In this document: positions 1 through 10,133 of the stretch, piece after piece
Layout of the letters: each line of letters opens with the position of its first letter
How positions within the stretch are numbered: position 1 is the stretch's first letter
Source: a virus
Lineage: Duplodnaviria > Caudoviricetes
Reading direction: 5' to 3' (one strand)
Length of the DNA: 64,000 bases
Virus record (IMG/VR): IMGVR_UViG_3300021426_000063
Coordinates: 32,001 to 96,000 of that record
Notes under the pieces: model-generated
The model's database searches: none
What the model was told of the DNA's origin: nothing
The model's input: only the letters and a program-made list of their open reading frames with translations
Program-made: the position numbers and the translations under genes

Positions 1-521
1 AAATATTGAACTGGTACTTCCTTTACAAGCCAAACACCATTATTTGACAGGAAGAACTGGTAACCATCCTCAACCATCTCCTGGGTGTTGATGGTAAGAA
101 CAACTGGTTTACCATGCCTTTTACCAACAGTTGTAGCAGTCTGAATATCAGAAGACAGGTGGACATAAAGTCTTGACATAGGTTTCAAACCTTCCTTGAG
201 GATTAAAGGAATGAACCTATCAGCAGTCCCATGGTAAAGTATCTCCGGTGGAATAGTTGGAGTCAGTCCAACATCAACAGGAATGGAATGTCCCTGTCTT
301 GCCCTGAGCTTGGTATGGTCTTCATTATATTCATACCTGGCCTTGTTGTTGGTATTCACAATCTCCTCAATGAGTTCCTCTGTGAAACCTTTTTTAACCA
401 AGTCTGAAATGGACATATAACCAGACTCATCAATGAGTCCAGCATTGAAGTCCTCCATACTGTGCCGGAGGATGAATGAAAGGTATTTTCCTTTACTTGT
501 TAATTCTTCTTGGTATGTCAT
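1..521 (-). CDS. kptA: RNA 2'-phosphotransferase (Tpt1/KptA), 3' end runs off window
   Basis: Not in ORF track. Manual translation from ATG at 521: MTYQEELTSKGKYLSFILRH...KARY...KLRARQGHS...LYHGT...GLKPMSRLYVHLS...SNNGVWL, i.e. the Tpt1 motifs LRH, RY, RAxQGHS, HGT, VHLS and NGVWL. Confidence 0.93.
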   Translation of the reverse strand, partial: MTYQEELTSKGKYLSFILRHSMEDFNAGLIDESGYMSISDLVKKGFTEELIEEIVNTNNKARYEYNEDHTKLRARQGHSIPVDVGLTPTIPPEILYHGTADRFIPLILKEGLKPMSRLYVHLSSDIQTATTVGKRHGKPVVLTINTQEMVEDGYQFFLSNNGVWLVKEVPVQY

Positions 522-525
522 AATA

Positions 526-557
526 CAAATATAACAATAAAAATTTAGAAAAACAAA
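526..557 (-). promoter_or_regulatory. Bacteroidetes sigma-A-type promoter (TTTG-N20-TATATTTG)
   Basis: Reverse strand TTTG (557-554), 20-nt spacer, TATATTTG (533-526), ending 4 nt before the kptA ATG. Confidence 0.7.
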
Positions 558-560
558 AAA

Positions 561-592
561 AAAAAGATGAGGAACTACTTCCCATCTTTTTT
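561..592 (-). terminator. intrinsic terminator
   Basis: aaaagatg(a)ggaa/ttcccatctttt hairpin flanked by A/T tracts; overlaps the stop of the 575..1204 gene. Confidence 0.6.
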
Positions 593-1204
593 ATTAAAAA
601 TAGATAAATTTGCTGTCCTGGACACTGCCCTAAGATGTGTATGTTTATTATGAAATTCAAGAAAATCTCTACATACTTCTTCATCATCAAAATATGTATC
701 CATATCATTATCCTTATTTGATTTCAGAGTCTTTTTATATAATTCATCAATGTCTTTATCCTTAACCCACTCATCAAAAACCTCTTTAAATGTCCAATCA
801 TAATGATCAATATGAATATAATGTTTATCCCATATTGTTTCACCTGTTATAGGACATACAAAAGGTAATTGAATTGATTCCCTCATCTTCTCAATCTCTG
901 GTCTTATTACTGTTCTACATGCTTTTATAACATCTGCTTTCTTCTTTGGTGGAGAAATTGCAGTAACAAAAGATATATCTGTATATGAACCATCTTTCCT
1001 AACTATATAAAAACATTTACCTCCATAATTGTCTGGTCTTACTTCAAAATGGTCTACACCAACACCAACCTTTTCATCCCATTCTGGATGATTTGGAAAT
1101 ACATATTCCAGAAGAAATTCACTTGATTTCTTATCAACAACCTTATAGGTATTATATAATATATACCTACACATCTTTGTTTTTTCTGCTTTACTGAAAT
1201 CCAT
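575..1204 (-). CDS. DCL/DUF3223-domain protein with C-terminal HNH-like region
   Basis: HPEWDEKVGVGVDHF...CFYIVRKDGSYTDISF matches the DCL family; CPITGE...HIDH...H...RTANLS is HNH-like. Confidence 0.6.
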   Translation of the reverse strand: MDFSKAEKTKMCRYILYNTYKVVDKKSSEFLLEYVFPNHPEWDEKVGVGVDHFEVRPDNYGGKCFYIVRKDGSYTDISFVTAISPPKKKADVIKACRTVIRPEIEKMRESIQLPFVCPITGETIWDKHYIHIDHYDWTFKEVFDEWVKDKDIDELYKKTLKSNKDNDMDTYFDDEEVCRDFLEFHNKHTHLRAVSRTANLSIFNKKDGK

Positions 1205-1205
1205 A

Positions 1206-1631
1206 TTATTTTATATCTTCACAATTTATTCTTTTATACTTATATCCATATTCTGAAAAATATTCAGACCTTAACATATCATCAATCTCATTTCTTGTTT
1301 TTCTTTTATATGGGGTATCAATTTCTATAATCATATTTTGAAAAGGTAAATAGAAATCAACTATATAAAATCCTCCTGTTGGTTTTCTAATTATTTTTTG
1401 AAACTCATACTTTATATCTTTTGAGTCAAATTTTTTCATCATTTTAAGTTCTTCTGGTGTGACTCTTTCAACAAATTTGTCTTTCAAATCCTTTTGACTA
1501 TATTCACCAAACATATCTGTATAAAAGTCACCCCATTCAGGATTACACTTTTTAGAAATCAATTTGTTTCTTGTTTCAAGTTTTCTTGTATCAACTCCAC
1601 CATTAAATGTAATAAATTCATTCAAATCCAT
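1206..1631 (-). CDS. DUF559/Vsr-like endonuclease-domain protein
   Basis: YEFQK...FYIVDFYLP...IIEID...R..Y....GYKYKRI pattern. Confidence 0.6.
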   Translation of the reverse strand: MDLNEFITFNGGVDTRKLETRNKLISKKCNPEWGDFYTDMFGEYSQKDLKDKFVERVTPEELKMMKKFDSKDIKYEFQKIIRKPTGGFYIVDFYLPFQNMIIEIDTPYKRKTRNEIDDMLRSEYFSEYGYKYKRINCEDIK

Positions 1632-1638
1632 AGTAACT

Positions 1639-1932
1639 TTATTTTTTTGTAAGTCTTATATGTTCAGACACATTAGTTTTAATCACACATTGTTCATAAA
1701 CATATGGAAAATCATAATATATCTTATCAATATCCATTTTCACTCTCTGGTTTTCTGGAACATATTCAACCATGTATTTATCATTGTATATATAATGTCT
1801 ATTTCCAAGACATTTTAAAATTTCAAGTCTTTTGTTTTTCCTCTCTTCTGATAGAAGTTTATACTTATCTTCTATTTCAACTAATTCATTAATTAACTTA
1901 TTCTCTTCTTCATTACACTTGTGTGAAATCAT
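1639..1932 (-). CDS. hypothetical protein
   Basis: First gene of a tightly packed operon, downstream of a TGTTATCTTTA promoter-like motif (1955-1965). Confidence 0.7.
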   Translation of the reverse strand: MISHKCNEEENKLINELVEIEDKYKLLSEERKNKRLEILKCLGNRHYIYNDKYMVEYVPENQRVKMDIDKIYYDFPYVYEQCVIKTNVSEHIRLTKK

Positions 1933-2006
1933 AATACATTAGTTATTTTTAACATAAAGATAACAATAAATTTCCAAATTTCCAAGGTGTCAATATTGAC
2001 AGGTAT

Positions 2007-2039
2007 AAAAAAAGATGAGGAACTATGCCTCATCTTTTT
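2007..2039 (-). terminator. intrinsic terminator
   Basis: aaaaagatgagg-aactatg-cctcatcttttt inverted repeat at the end of the 1927-aa gene. Confidence 0.7.
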
Positions 2040-5000
2040 ACTTTTTTATACAACCAATATCTAAATGAATCATCTCCCCCATCTTCTTCATACCTTTCAT
2101 ACCATTTAGGATATGCATTTATCAACTCATCTTCATCATACTTTTCATCTTCTGGAATTTCAGGATTTGGGTCTAACCTCCTTGGGTCCAGGTCATAGAT
2201 ACTCTTTGGAAGGGATTCTGAACTGGATGGAGAGGAGTCTGGTTCAACAATCTCTTCCTCCTTCACCTTTGAGAAATCAATCTCCTTTCCATCATAACCA
2301 AGGATATCATCAGTTGTCTTTGGTTGAATATTTTCTCTTACAAATTTCCTGATGTCTTCAGGAACATTGTATTTATCAAAGAGACCTTCATCAATCTCAT
2401 CTATCTTATCAGAGTTCCAAAAGTCTTCTGAATAGTCTTGTATGGGAACAGAAACCCAATATTGTTTTAAATTATCTCGAGAATATTTTTTGTTAATTAA
2501 AAGTGCTCTTGCAAATTTACTTATACAATATTTTGCATGTTTTTTTGCTTCTTCAAAATCTTTACAATATCCAGATTCAAGATAGTTATCTGTACATATA
2601 TCATTTGGACCAACTATTATAATATCACCATATGTGCCTCCTAAATATTTTTTGTCAAAACCACCCCATGTCTTTGGTAATAAAATTTTCCATACACCTT
2701 TATGACAATCTATATGTGGTTTTGGTAAAGGATAATTTTTATCAACATATTTTATTGTTCTTAATCCATCCAATATACCAAAAATTTTTATATCATCATC
2801 ATTCTCTTTTTTGTCTTTAAATGTATTTGGTAAACCATATTTTTCTGGACTCTTGAAGAAATTTGTTTGTAAATTATAAGGTACTCTATTAGTAATAACT
2901 GTATCCATACCTGTACAATCTCCAACACAATCAACAAGTTTTTTAATTTCTTCTGGTTTTATAATATCATCATTTTTAATTGGTAATTTAATCTCTTTTG
3001 GATTTTTACCATCAGTATACACCAATTGTTTTCCTTCAAGTCCATTATCATATCCTTTTTTCCAATAAATAATATTTGTTTTTTTAGCACCTGTAACACC
3101 TTTAAATCCATCAAAAATATTATTAATTGAAATGATTTGTTTATCATATTTTACATCAGGTGTATTCATCAAACTTAAACCATTACCAGACTTTATATCC
3201 TGCCATCCAACCGGAAATATCATACTCATCTGGTCACAATTCTGTTTAGCCCAAATATAGAATTGTGGATATATTTGTTTTTTACCATTATTATATGGTG
3301 GATTCCCAACTATTACTGACCAGCGCATATTGTTACTTTCTATTATTTTTCCCCATTTTCTCTTAATTGATCTATCAAGACCATCTATCATTGACATATC
3401 TACTTCATCTGAATCTCCTTCATCATATTCATCATAATCTTCTTCATTCTCCTCATTTATCTTATGAATGAATGAATCAAATGTGTCAAGATTGATATAT
3501 CTGTTTTCATCCACTGGTGATGGTCCATCTATCAAATTACCATTCTCATCAACATTATAATCTGTTGTATCCTTCTCTCCATCATCACCAAGGACATTAT
3601 ATACAAGAATATGTTCATCCAACCACTGACGCCTCTCACTTATACTCTTACCCAATTGTTCAAGTAACATAGATAGAGTCTTCTTGTTAAGTGCTGCTAT
3701 CTTATCTGTTCTACACACAAGATAATAGTTATCAATATTAGCACTTGATAGATTATCTTCATTTGTATCACTAAATAGATAGTGAGCAATTTCTCCTATC
3801 TTACTTCCATAGAAGTCAAGAATAGTCATATCTTTATTAAATATAACAAAATCTCCATTACCATCCATAAACAGTTTCTTACAAATACCTCCATCTATTT
3901 TATCACCTGTTTTATATGGTGTAATGACTTCTGTATTACCCAATCTATCATAGAAGTCTTGTAGAGTTATTCTCATTTGCTCATAATCAGAATAATTACT
4001 CTTAAACAATGTCTGTGCTGAAACAATAATCTCCTTCAACTCTCCTTCTCTACCAAGTGGAACAATGATATCATTATACCAGGTCTGTAATTTGCCCTTA
4101 ATTCTTTTTGCTGTATATATATCATATGCCAATTGCTTATCCGGGTCATTCGAATGTCTCCACTTAATTCCAAGGTCATCTGCAAAGATGGCTGCTGTTA
4201 TAGATGCATTTGATGGATGGTCTTTGTGATACAGGTCATCCCAAACTCTGTTAATCTTATACACCTTCTCCTTATCCTTTGTGAACTTCAACAACATAAA
4301 GAGCAAAATGTCTCTGATGATAGTCTCATTCATCTGTGCCAAACTGTTGAGTTCATCTGCATATGTACCTTCATATTCATGTGTAGACATCTCCCTGGTA
4401 ATCTTTTTACCATCCTTACCTTTCATTTCTGGTGCCTCACCTTTGGCATGTGTACCAGGACCCTCCATAGCTGCTGTTGATTTTAATGGTGCAAATCTCT
4501 TTGACTTCTTAATAGTCTTCATCCAATCACCAGGTTTAACTCCTTCAACCCCCCAGTCATATGTTCTCTTCAACAATGTACTTACAGGTGTGTGTTTTCT
4601 ATAATCATCAATAATCTCTATCATTGATGTAGATTTACACCTTTCAAGTTTATTGTCTTTGAATATAAGATATGGCATACAATCCATCTCTTCCTCATAT
4701 TTCCTCTCTATTAAATCATCAGTATCATCCTTCTTTGCATCTTCACCTCTTGAATCATCACCATTCCTGGCCTCTGCCTCATACCTCTGCCTCATCATAT
4801 CCAATATTCTATATGGTGAGAAATCAACAAACAAAGTCTGTGGTTTCATATCAATCTTTGTTGGTGTTCCCAACTTAATATTACCTTCATCATCCAACTC
4901 TACTGTCTCTACCTCCTTGACATAAGGACTCATAATTCTGAATTTTGCCTGGTCATACTCCTGTGGAGACTTACAGTCCTTCATATAGAACATAGTATCC

Positions 5001-7813
5001 CAAGGTTCAACAGTAACACCTGTCAACATCTTGACCACAGTCAATGTAATAGTCTTGTTGCCTGCTTCTGCATACTCTCTAATCTGTTTCTTTGCCCATT
5101 CTGTACTTACAGGTTCAATCTTACTTGCTGCCTTTACAATCATATACTTTTTCAGATTAGGAAAATCTTTTATTGGAGCATCATTAATCATCTTCTCCAA
5201 GGCATCACAGCAGATTCTGTTTGGTAACACAATCACAATATGCTTACACATATTACCTTTCTTGATTTCAGGAAGGTTAATAAGTGACATCACACCGGTT
5301 TCCTTCACACCAGTACCTCCATCGAGAAGCTGGAACAACTTCTTGATGGCTTCTTTATATTTAAATACAGGTGTATCCTTATCTTTTGTCTCAAACAACT
5401 TACCAAATGTGAATTTGGTCTTCTTCTTCATATAAGTATCAAGTCTGAATTCCTCTAACTTATATCCATACTGTAACATCTGAGGAATACCAAAGTATGG
5501 ATTATCCTCCCAGTGTTTCTCCTTACCATTATCATTATATGGATCACCTGGAATGTCAACCTTACTATGTGACAAGATAAATGGTGCATGGTCTTCTGCC
5601 CACTTTTTCTTTGCACCAATCAATTCCTTGAATGAGAACTTTGCAATAATGTCCTTCTCTTTGAATTTACTTCCAAGCATCAGTTTATATGGTGTTCCTG
5701 AAAGATACAGTCTGATTGCATTCTTCAAATTCAACATTCTTTCTGCTGCATCCTCTGTCTCCTGGTCTCCACCATCATCTCCATCTTCTTCATCATCTGG
5801 AACATAATCTTCATCAGGAGTATATGCCTCATTGACTTTCTGCTCACCCGTTGCCTTACCAAGTTTCTGACCTTCAACAGCAAAGTGTGCCTCATCAAAG
5901 ATAATCAAATCAACAGGACACTCAAAGAAACTGATATGCCTATCCTTTACTTCTGCCTTGACCAATTCTCCATCCTTGTGTCTGTCATTAACATCACCAT
6001 TCAAGTCTTGTAATGAGACAAATATCACAATCTTCTTATCCTTATGTAACTGTAAATACTTTTCAAGAGATGGTGTCAATTTAACCTTTGGTTTTCCATC
6101 CTTATCCAATACTGGTTTTCCTTCCAAATCAACTTCTGGTTCTTTATCACACCAGTCTTCCTTCTTCATTTTGACTGTACCATCTGGATTAAGTTCATTA
6201 TTGTTCAACAGCCAACTGATACCCTGTTCTGTATCAGATGCATCATACATATCATAACCTTTGAAGTCACTATATGGATTGATTGTTTTGATCCATTCAT
6301 TCTTTACATCAACCTTTGCAGATGCAACAACTGTAAGTCCAGAAACATGTTCTGTATGATGTTTATAGAAATTCTTCATACACTCAAATGCTGTGTATGT
6401 CTTACCAAATCTCATAACAGCATACATAAGTAACTTCTTTCCACCAAGACCAACTCTCTCCTCAAACTTATCAACAGTCTCCTGCTGAAGTCCCCTCAAA
6501 GTATATTTCCTGGTTTCATTATGTGTAGGAGGAATAATATCATCATTCCTGGTATTTGTATATTCCTTTAATTTAGAAAGAATAGACTGTCTTCCTGCAA
6601 TTGCCTTTTCTTTTAATACTTCTATGGCCAATTCAACATCATCTGGTGTACAATTTTCAAAGAACTCCTTTGAATATTTCTTTGCCTGATAATCACTGTC
6701 TCTGAATTCATCTTCCGGAATAATCCTTCTGATGTCTTTATTATCATTCAATTTCTTAATATCTTCACCAACAAGGATATTATGGATTGTATAATCCCTG
6801 AACATCTTACCTTTCAATCCTTCACCACAGGATTTTGGTAATATTGCACTCCACTCCCAGGATTTCTCATGAATGACCATACCTTCTTCCTTACCAAACA
6901 CATCCTTCCATTCAGTTATTCTCTTTGCCACACCTCTGTTAGTATCTCCAACCTTTAATGGATGAATATCCCTTCCTGTTTTCTCCTTAATACTCTCATC
7001 AGCATAGTTTGAATAGAAAGCATATATTTTAGGTGTTGTAACACCCTTAATTAAATCACCCTCAACAGTGACATCACTCATCATATCTGACTCATCAAGT
7101 TCAACACCTGTGACACCACCACCTTTAACATCATCAATATTATTAAGATGGTCACCACTATTGGTAAATACAATTGACAACTGTCTCTCTGTCTTATCTG
7201 GGAATCTATACACCTTTGATGTTTTATCAGATGGGAATAAATCTGCCTTTGCTATATGAAGATGTCTTGATTTATATAGGATTTTATCAAACTGATTTGA
7301 CACATTACTTTCATCAAATGTGTAATACCTTGACTGACCCTTTGTATAGACAAATTCACCAGAAATATATGGGTAGTTAAATATGTATAAGTTCAAATCT
7401 GCAATAACACCATATGTGTAAGGTGGTTCAATTTTCAATGATATGTTATAGATATAATCAATTACACCTTTTATGTTCCACCCATCAAATATTTCCTGGA
7501 TTTGAGTTTTTGTTGAATCTGAAATCCCATCCTTTTCTTCACTTGGTGTGACTTCTACATACTGATAATTGTCTTTATGAATAGTTTCTGTGTCATCAAA
7601 ATAGATACACCACACTTTCATATCAAAATCTCTTTCCAATCTTTGAGCAAAAGGAACATCATTGATGACCAAACAGTTCAAACCACTATCAGCATCTTTT
7701 GATAGTGCTGTTCTACTTATCAGCTTATTATAAAACTTATCTTGATTTTCAATTTTGATTTTCTTGGTTATACTCTCATTCAAGAAATCTTCAAAACTTT
7801 TTAGATTCAACAT
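2030..7813 (-). CDS. Fused restriction-modification enzyme: GIY-YIG/T5orf172-like nuclease + SF2 helicase + N6-adenine MTase (Eco57I-like) + TRD, with capsid-targeting-like N-terminus
   Basis: KIYAF...LKVGDTNR..KRI (GIY-YIG-like); LRGLQ, MRFGKT, IFDEAH, LSGTPY, MLTGV (SF2 helicase); VIVGNPPY (MTase motif IV); N-terminus MLNLKSFEDFLNES. Confidence 0.85.
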   Translation of the reverse strand: MLNLKSFEDFLNESITKKIKIENQDKFYNKLISRTALSKDADSGLNCLVINDVPFAQRLERDFDMKVWCIYFDDTETIHKDNYQYVEVTPSEEKDGISDSTKTQIQEIFDGWNIKGVIDYIYNISLKIEPPYTYGVIADLNLYIFNYPYISGEFVYTKGQSRYYTFDESNVSNQFDKILYKSRHLHIAKADLFPSDKTSKVYRFPDKTERQLSIVFTNSGDHLNNIDDVKGGGVTGVELDESDMMSDVTVEGDLIKGVTTPKIYAFYSNYADESIKEKTGRDIHPLKVGDTNRGVAKRITEWKDVFGKEEGMVIHEKSWEWSAILPKSCGEGLKGKMFRDYTIHNILVGEDIKKLNDNKDIRRIIPEDEFRDSDYQAKKYSKEFFENCTPDDVELAIEVLKEKAIAGRQSILSKLKEYTNTRNDDIIPPTHNETRKYTLRGLQQETVDKFEERVGLGGKKLLMYAVMRFGKTYTAFECMKNFYKHHTEHVSGLTVVASAKVDVKNEWIKTINPYSDFKGYDMYDASDTEQGISWLLNNNELNPDGTVKMKKEDWCDKEPEVDLEGKPVLDKDGKPKVKLTPSLEKYLQLHKDKKIVIFVSLQDLNGDVNDRHKDGELVKAEVKDRHISFFECPVDLIIFDEAHFAVEGQKLGKATGEQKVNEAYTPDEDYVPDDEEDGDDGGDQETEDAAERMLNLKNAIRLYLSGTPYKLMLGSKFKEKDIIAKFSFKELIGAKKKWAEDHAPFILSHSKVDIPGDPYNDNGKEKHWEDNPYFGIPQMLQYGYKLEEFRLDTYMKKKTKFTFGKLFETKDKDTPVFKYKEAIKKLFQLLDGGTGVKETGVMSLINLPEIKKGNMCKHIVIVLPNRICCDALEKMINDAPIKDFPNLKKYMIVKAASKIEPVSTEWAKKQIREYAEAGNKTITLTVVKMLTGVTVEPWDTMFYMKDCKSPQEYDQAKFRIMSPYVKEVETVELDDEGNIKLGTPTKIDMKPQTLFVDFSPYRILDMMRQRYEAEARNGDDSRGEDAKKDDTDDLIERKYEEEMDCMPYLIFKDNKLERCKSTSMIEIIDDYRKHTPVSTLLKRTYDWGVEGVKPGDWMKTIKKSKRFAPLKSTAAMEGPGTHAKGEAPEMKGKDGKKITREMSTHEYEGTYADELNSLAQMNETIIRDILLFMLLKFTKDKEKVYKINRVWDDLYHKDHPSNASITAAIFADDLGIKWRHSNDPDKQLAYDIYTAKRIKGKLQTWYNDIIVPLGREGELKEIIVSAQTLFKSNYSDYEQMRITLQDFYDRLGNTEVITPYKTGDKIDGGICKKLFMDGNGDFVIFNKDMTILDFYGSKIGEIAHYLFSDTNEDNLSSANIDNYYLVCRTDKIAALNKKTLSMLLEQLGKSISERRQWLDEHILVYNVLGDDGEKDTTDYNVDENGNLIDGPSPVDENRYINLDTFDSFIHKINEENEEDYDEYDEGDSDEVDMSMIDGLDRSIKRKWGKIIESNNMRWSVIVGNPPYNNGKKQIYPQFYIWAKQNCDQMSMIFPVGWQDIKSGNGLSLMNTPDVKYDKQIISINNIFDGFKGVTGAKKTNIIYWKKGYDNGLEGKQLVYTDGKNPKEIKLPIKNDDIIKPEEIKKLVDCVGDCTGMDTVITNRVPYNLQTNFFKSPEKYGLPNTFKDKKENDDDIKIFGILDGLRTIKYVDKNYPLPKPHIDCHKGVWKILLPKTWGGFDKKYLGGTYGDIIIVGPNDICTDNYLESGYCKDFEEAKKHAKYCISKFARALLINKKYSRDNLKQYWVSVPIQDYSEDFWNSDKIDEIDEGLFDKYNVPEDIRKFVRENIQPKTTDDILGYDGKEIDFSKVKEEEIVEPDSSPSSSESLPKSIYDLDPRRLDPNPEIPEDEKYDEDELINAYPKWYERYEEDGGDDSFRYWLYKKVKR

Positions 7814-7844
7814 AACCTACCATTTTAAAATTCAATATACAAGT

Positions 7845-7852
7845 TATTTATG
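7845..7852 (-). promoter_or_regulatory. phage late promoter CATAAATA
   Basis: T4-late-like octamer about 30 nt upstream of the RM fusion; the same octamer precedes the capsid, portal, sheath and tube genes. Confidence 0.7.
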
Positions 7853-7860
7853 GGGTATGA

Positions 7861-7888
7861 AAAAAGTGAGGAACTTTCCTCACTTTTT
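7861..7888 (-). terminator. intrinsic terminator
   Basis: aaaaagtgaggaa-ct-ttcctcacttttt inverted repeat. Confidence 0.7.
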
Positions 7889-7891
7889 CTT

Positions 7892-8518
7892 CTAATCCAT
7901 AGGATGTGACCTTGAGAATTCAGGTATCCAACTCTTCGCATATTTCTCAATACCTTCCTGTCTAATAAAGTTTTCATATCTTTCCCTTCTAAACTGTGTC
8001 CTTTTGACATCATCATTTTTATCAGGATAAACTTTATGAGCAAGTTCAGTATATTTAATCCATTTTTCCATACACCTGTTATAGTTATAAGTTTTCCATT
8101 GATTTCTCTGCAATTCTCTTAAATATGATTTATAGTCATATAACCCCTTCTGTCTTTTTAGAATACTTTTAAATGTTGATAAAAGAAGTCTATCTTTTTC
8201 TGCAACTGTCAAACCCTGCAAACCATCATCTTCACCTTTCTTTACCCATTTTACCAATGACTGCCAAACCTCATTATATTTGTTTCCTTCAATTTGAGCC
8301 TTCTCATATGGATTGAAAGAATTTGTTGATATATTTGTATTAACAAATGATTTATCTTCCTTGTGTTTATATATTGCAGCAGCCAGATATGGGTCTGTTT
8401 TTGGGTCTCCTGTAAATTCTTCTGGCATATTACTTGGAACAACTTCTGGAAAATCGGGTTGTTCAACTTCTTCATAAATGAATCTTTCATTTATAAATTC
8501 TTCAAATTTAAGTACCAT
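7892..8518 (-). CDS. hypothetical protein, putative internal head protein
   Basis: N-terminus MVLKFEEFINE; own late promoter at 8541-8548. Confidence 0.75.
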   Translation of the reverse strand: MVLKFEEFINERFIYEEVEQPDFPEVVPSNMPEEFTGDPKTDPYLAAAIYKHKEDKSFVNTNISTNSFNPYEKAQIEGNKYNEVWQSLVKWVKKGEDDGLQGLTVAEKDRLLLSTFKSILKRQKGLYDYKSYLRELQRNQWKTYNYNRCMEKWIKYTELAHKVYPDKNDDVKRTQFRRERYENFIRQEGIEKYAKSWIPEFSRSHPMD

Positions 8519-8540
8519 AATACATATATAGTTATATGAT

Positions 8541-8548
8541 TATTTATG
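8541..8548 (-). promoter_or_regulatory. phage late promoter CATAAATA
   Basis: Octamer 22 nt upstream of ATG 8518. Confidence 0.7.
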
Positions 8549-8573
8549 AAAAGAGTGAGGACTAATCCTCACT

Positions 8574-8702
8574 CTATCTATACTTTGGAGAAAGATTCCC
8601 CTTATATGTCATTATCCCGGCAGATTTCAGGAACTTCATTGCTTCTTCCTTTGACGAAGTCACTTTCTTCGCAGCTTTCTTCAATAGTTTTTCACTCTTC
8701 AT
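8574..8702 (-). CDS. small basic hypothetical protein (42 aa)
   Basis: Manual ORF MKSEKLLKKAAKKVTSSKEEAMKFLKSAGIMTYKGNLSPKYR; ATG 1 nt after the upstream stop (TAGTATG coupling); ends at a hairpin at 8552-8575. Confidence 0.6.
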   Translation of the reverse strand: MKSEKLLKKAAKKVTSSKEEAMKFLKSAGIMTYKGNLSPKYR

Positions 8703-8703
8703 A

Positions 8704-9072
8704 CTAATCTACATTTAGTTTTAATCCATACTTGTTACAAAAAGTATCTATCTTCTCTCTTATATACTTCCCCCATTCTGTCTTGTCCTTTTGAGCATCT
8801 TCCATAGTCCTTAACCTGTTATTATGTCTCTCCCATATCCAACCTCTCAATTCTTCCAATTCATCACAATCCTTGATGAATTCTTCTCTTAATTCAGGTT
8901 TCAATACATCACAGATGAAATGAACAGCACCAGATATGAATGAAATACTATGAAGTTCAACATACCAATTTTCATCAGTATTTTTCTTACTTTCATCCAA
9001 TGTAATGAAATACTCTATATCAAAGAGTGTCTCACCTGGTCTCCTATCACCATAATAAATCTGATATACCAT
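8704..9072 (-). CDS. hypothetical protein
   Basis: Translationally coupled ORF in operon. Confidence 0.7.
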   Translation of the reverse strand: MVYQIYYGDRRPGETLFDIEYFITLDESKKNTDENWYVELHSISFISGAVHFICDVLKPELREEFIKDCDELEELRGWIWERHNNRLRTMEDAQKDKTEWGKYIREKIDTFCNKYGLKLNVD

Positions 9073-9073
9073 A

Positions 9074-9352
9074 CTAATTCTCCTTTTTCTTGTTCATCAA
9101 CATAGAATGAATTTCCTTCTTTACTTCTGCTGCCGCATACTCTGCACCATTGATACCATACTTCTGGAGTTCATCCAGTTGTTCTTTTGTCATCACCAAT
9201 CCAACTTTTCTTGGATTCTTTTCTGCCTTGATGAGTTTCAGGTTGTCACACACAATCCTTGCCAACTCAACCTCAATATCTATACCCCTCTCCTTTAATT
9301 CAGCAACATGCTCTGGGGATGGTAAGAGAATCTCTAATCTATTTTCATCCAT
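9074..9352 (-). CDS. hypothetical protein
   Basis: Start reassigned to ATG 9352 (MDENRL), downstream of the TGTTATATTTA motif at about 9377-9387. Confidence 0.65.
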   Translation of the reverse strand: MDENRLEILLPSPEHVAELKERGIDIEVELARIVCDNLKLIKAEKNPRKVGLVMTKEQLDELQKYGINGAEYAAAEVKKEIHSMLMNKKKEN

Positions 9353-9411
9353 AATATTACATACTTTCTTATGATATAAATATAACAAAAAGAGAAACCT
9401 GTTCAGTTTCT

Positions 9412-10131
9412 CTATTTTCCATATTTAACCCTGTTTGATACTATTTCACTCAACTTATGATTACCCTGTCTCATCATCTTATAATCTTCCATAATGCTTT
9501 TTTGTACAGTAACTGTATCCCAATGTTTATTGTACTTTATAACATCATGCTCTTTTATCTTAACAGAACCTCTTGAAAGTCTCATTTTTGATACAACTGA
9601 TGCTTTATCAAGATTGATGAAATAAATAATCATTATTTTATCTTCATTCATAAACTTTTCAAAGTCAGCACCTCGATGATTATAATAAGCATTATAACCA
9701 CCATATAATGGACTATAACTAACCTTAAACTCAACCTGTTCACCAGTTTCTCTATGAATCAAATCTAGTTCCCTGGTTGTTATATCTGTATCATACTTCA
9801 ATTTTTTATTTGTTGCCTTTGGATTTGGCATAAATTGAGGATTATCAATACAGAACAATGCTTCTTGTATATTACCAACAGCACAATCAAGTCTCACTTC
9901 TTCAGGTGTTCTCAATCCACTATCAGCAGCATAAAAGTCTCTTTTACCAATGTATTTTCCATCTTCACCTTTTATAAGTCCACCAGATTGAGTCAATATA
10001 TCATTAAACTCTGTGATCCCAGCACTATTAAGTCTATAATACACATCTGCATATGTGAGACCTTTCTTCTCCAATGCCTCTCCAAACTGAAGAGAATTTC
10101 TTGGAACATCAATATTACTTAATTTATCCAT
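9412..10131 (-). CDS. hypothetical protein, possible PD-(D/E)XK nuclease fold
   Basis: G.I.E...ELDL......VEFK resembles the D...ExK motif; weak. Confidence 0.45.
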   Translation of the reverse strand: MDKLSNIDVPRNSLQFGEALEKKGLTYADVYYRLNSAGITEFNDILTQSGGLIKGEDGKYIGKRDFYAADSGLRTPEEVRLDCAVGNIQEALFCIDNPQFMPNPKATNKKLKYDTDITTRELDLIHRETGEQVEFKVSYSPLYGGYNAYYNHRGADFEKFMNEDKIMIIYFINLDKASVVSKMRLSRGSVKIKEHDVIKYNKHWDTVTVQKSIMEDYKMMRQGNHKLSEIVSNRVKYGK

Positions 10132-10133
10132 AA

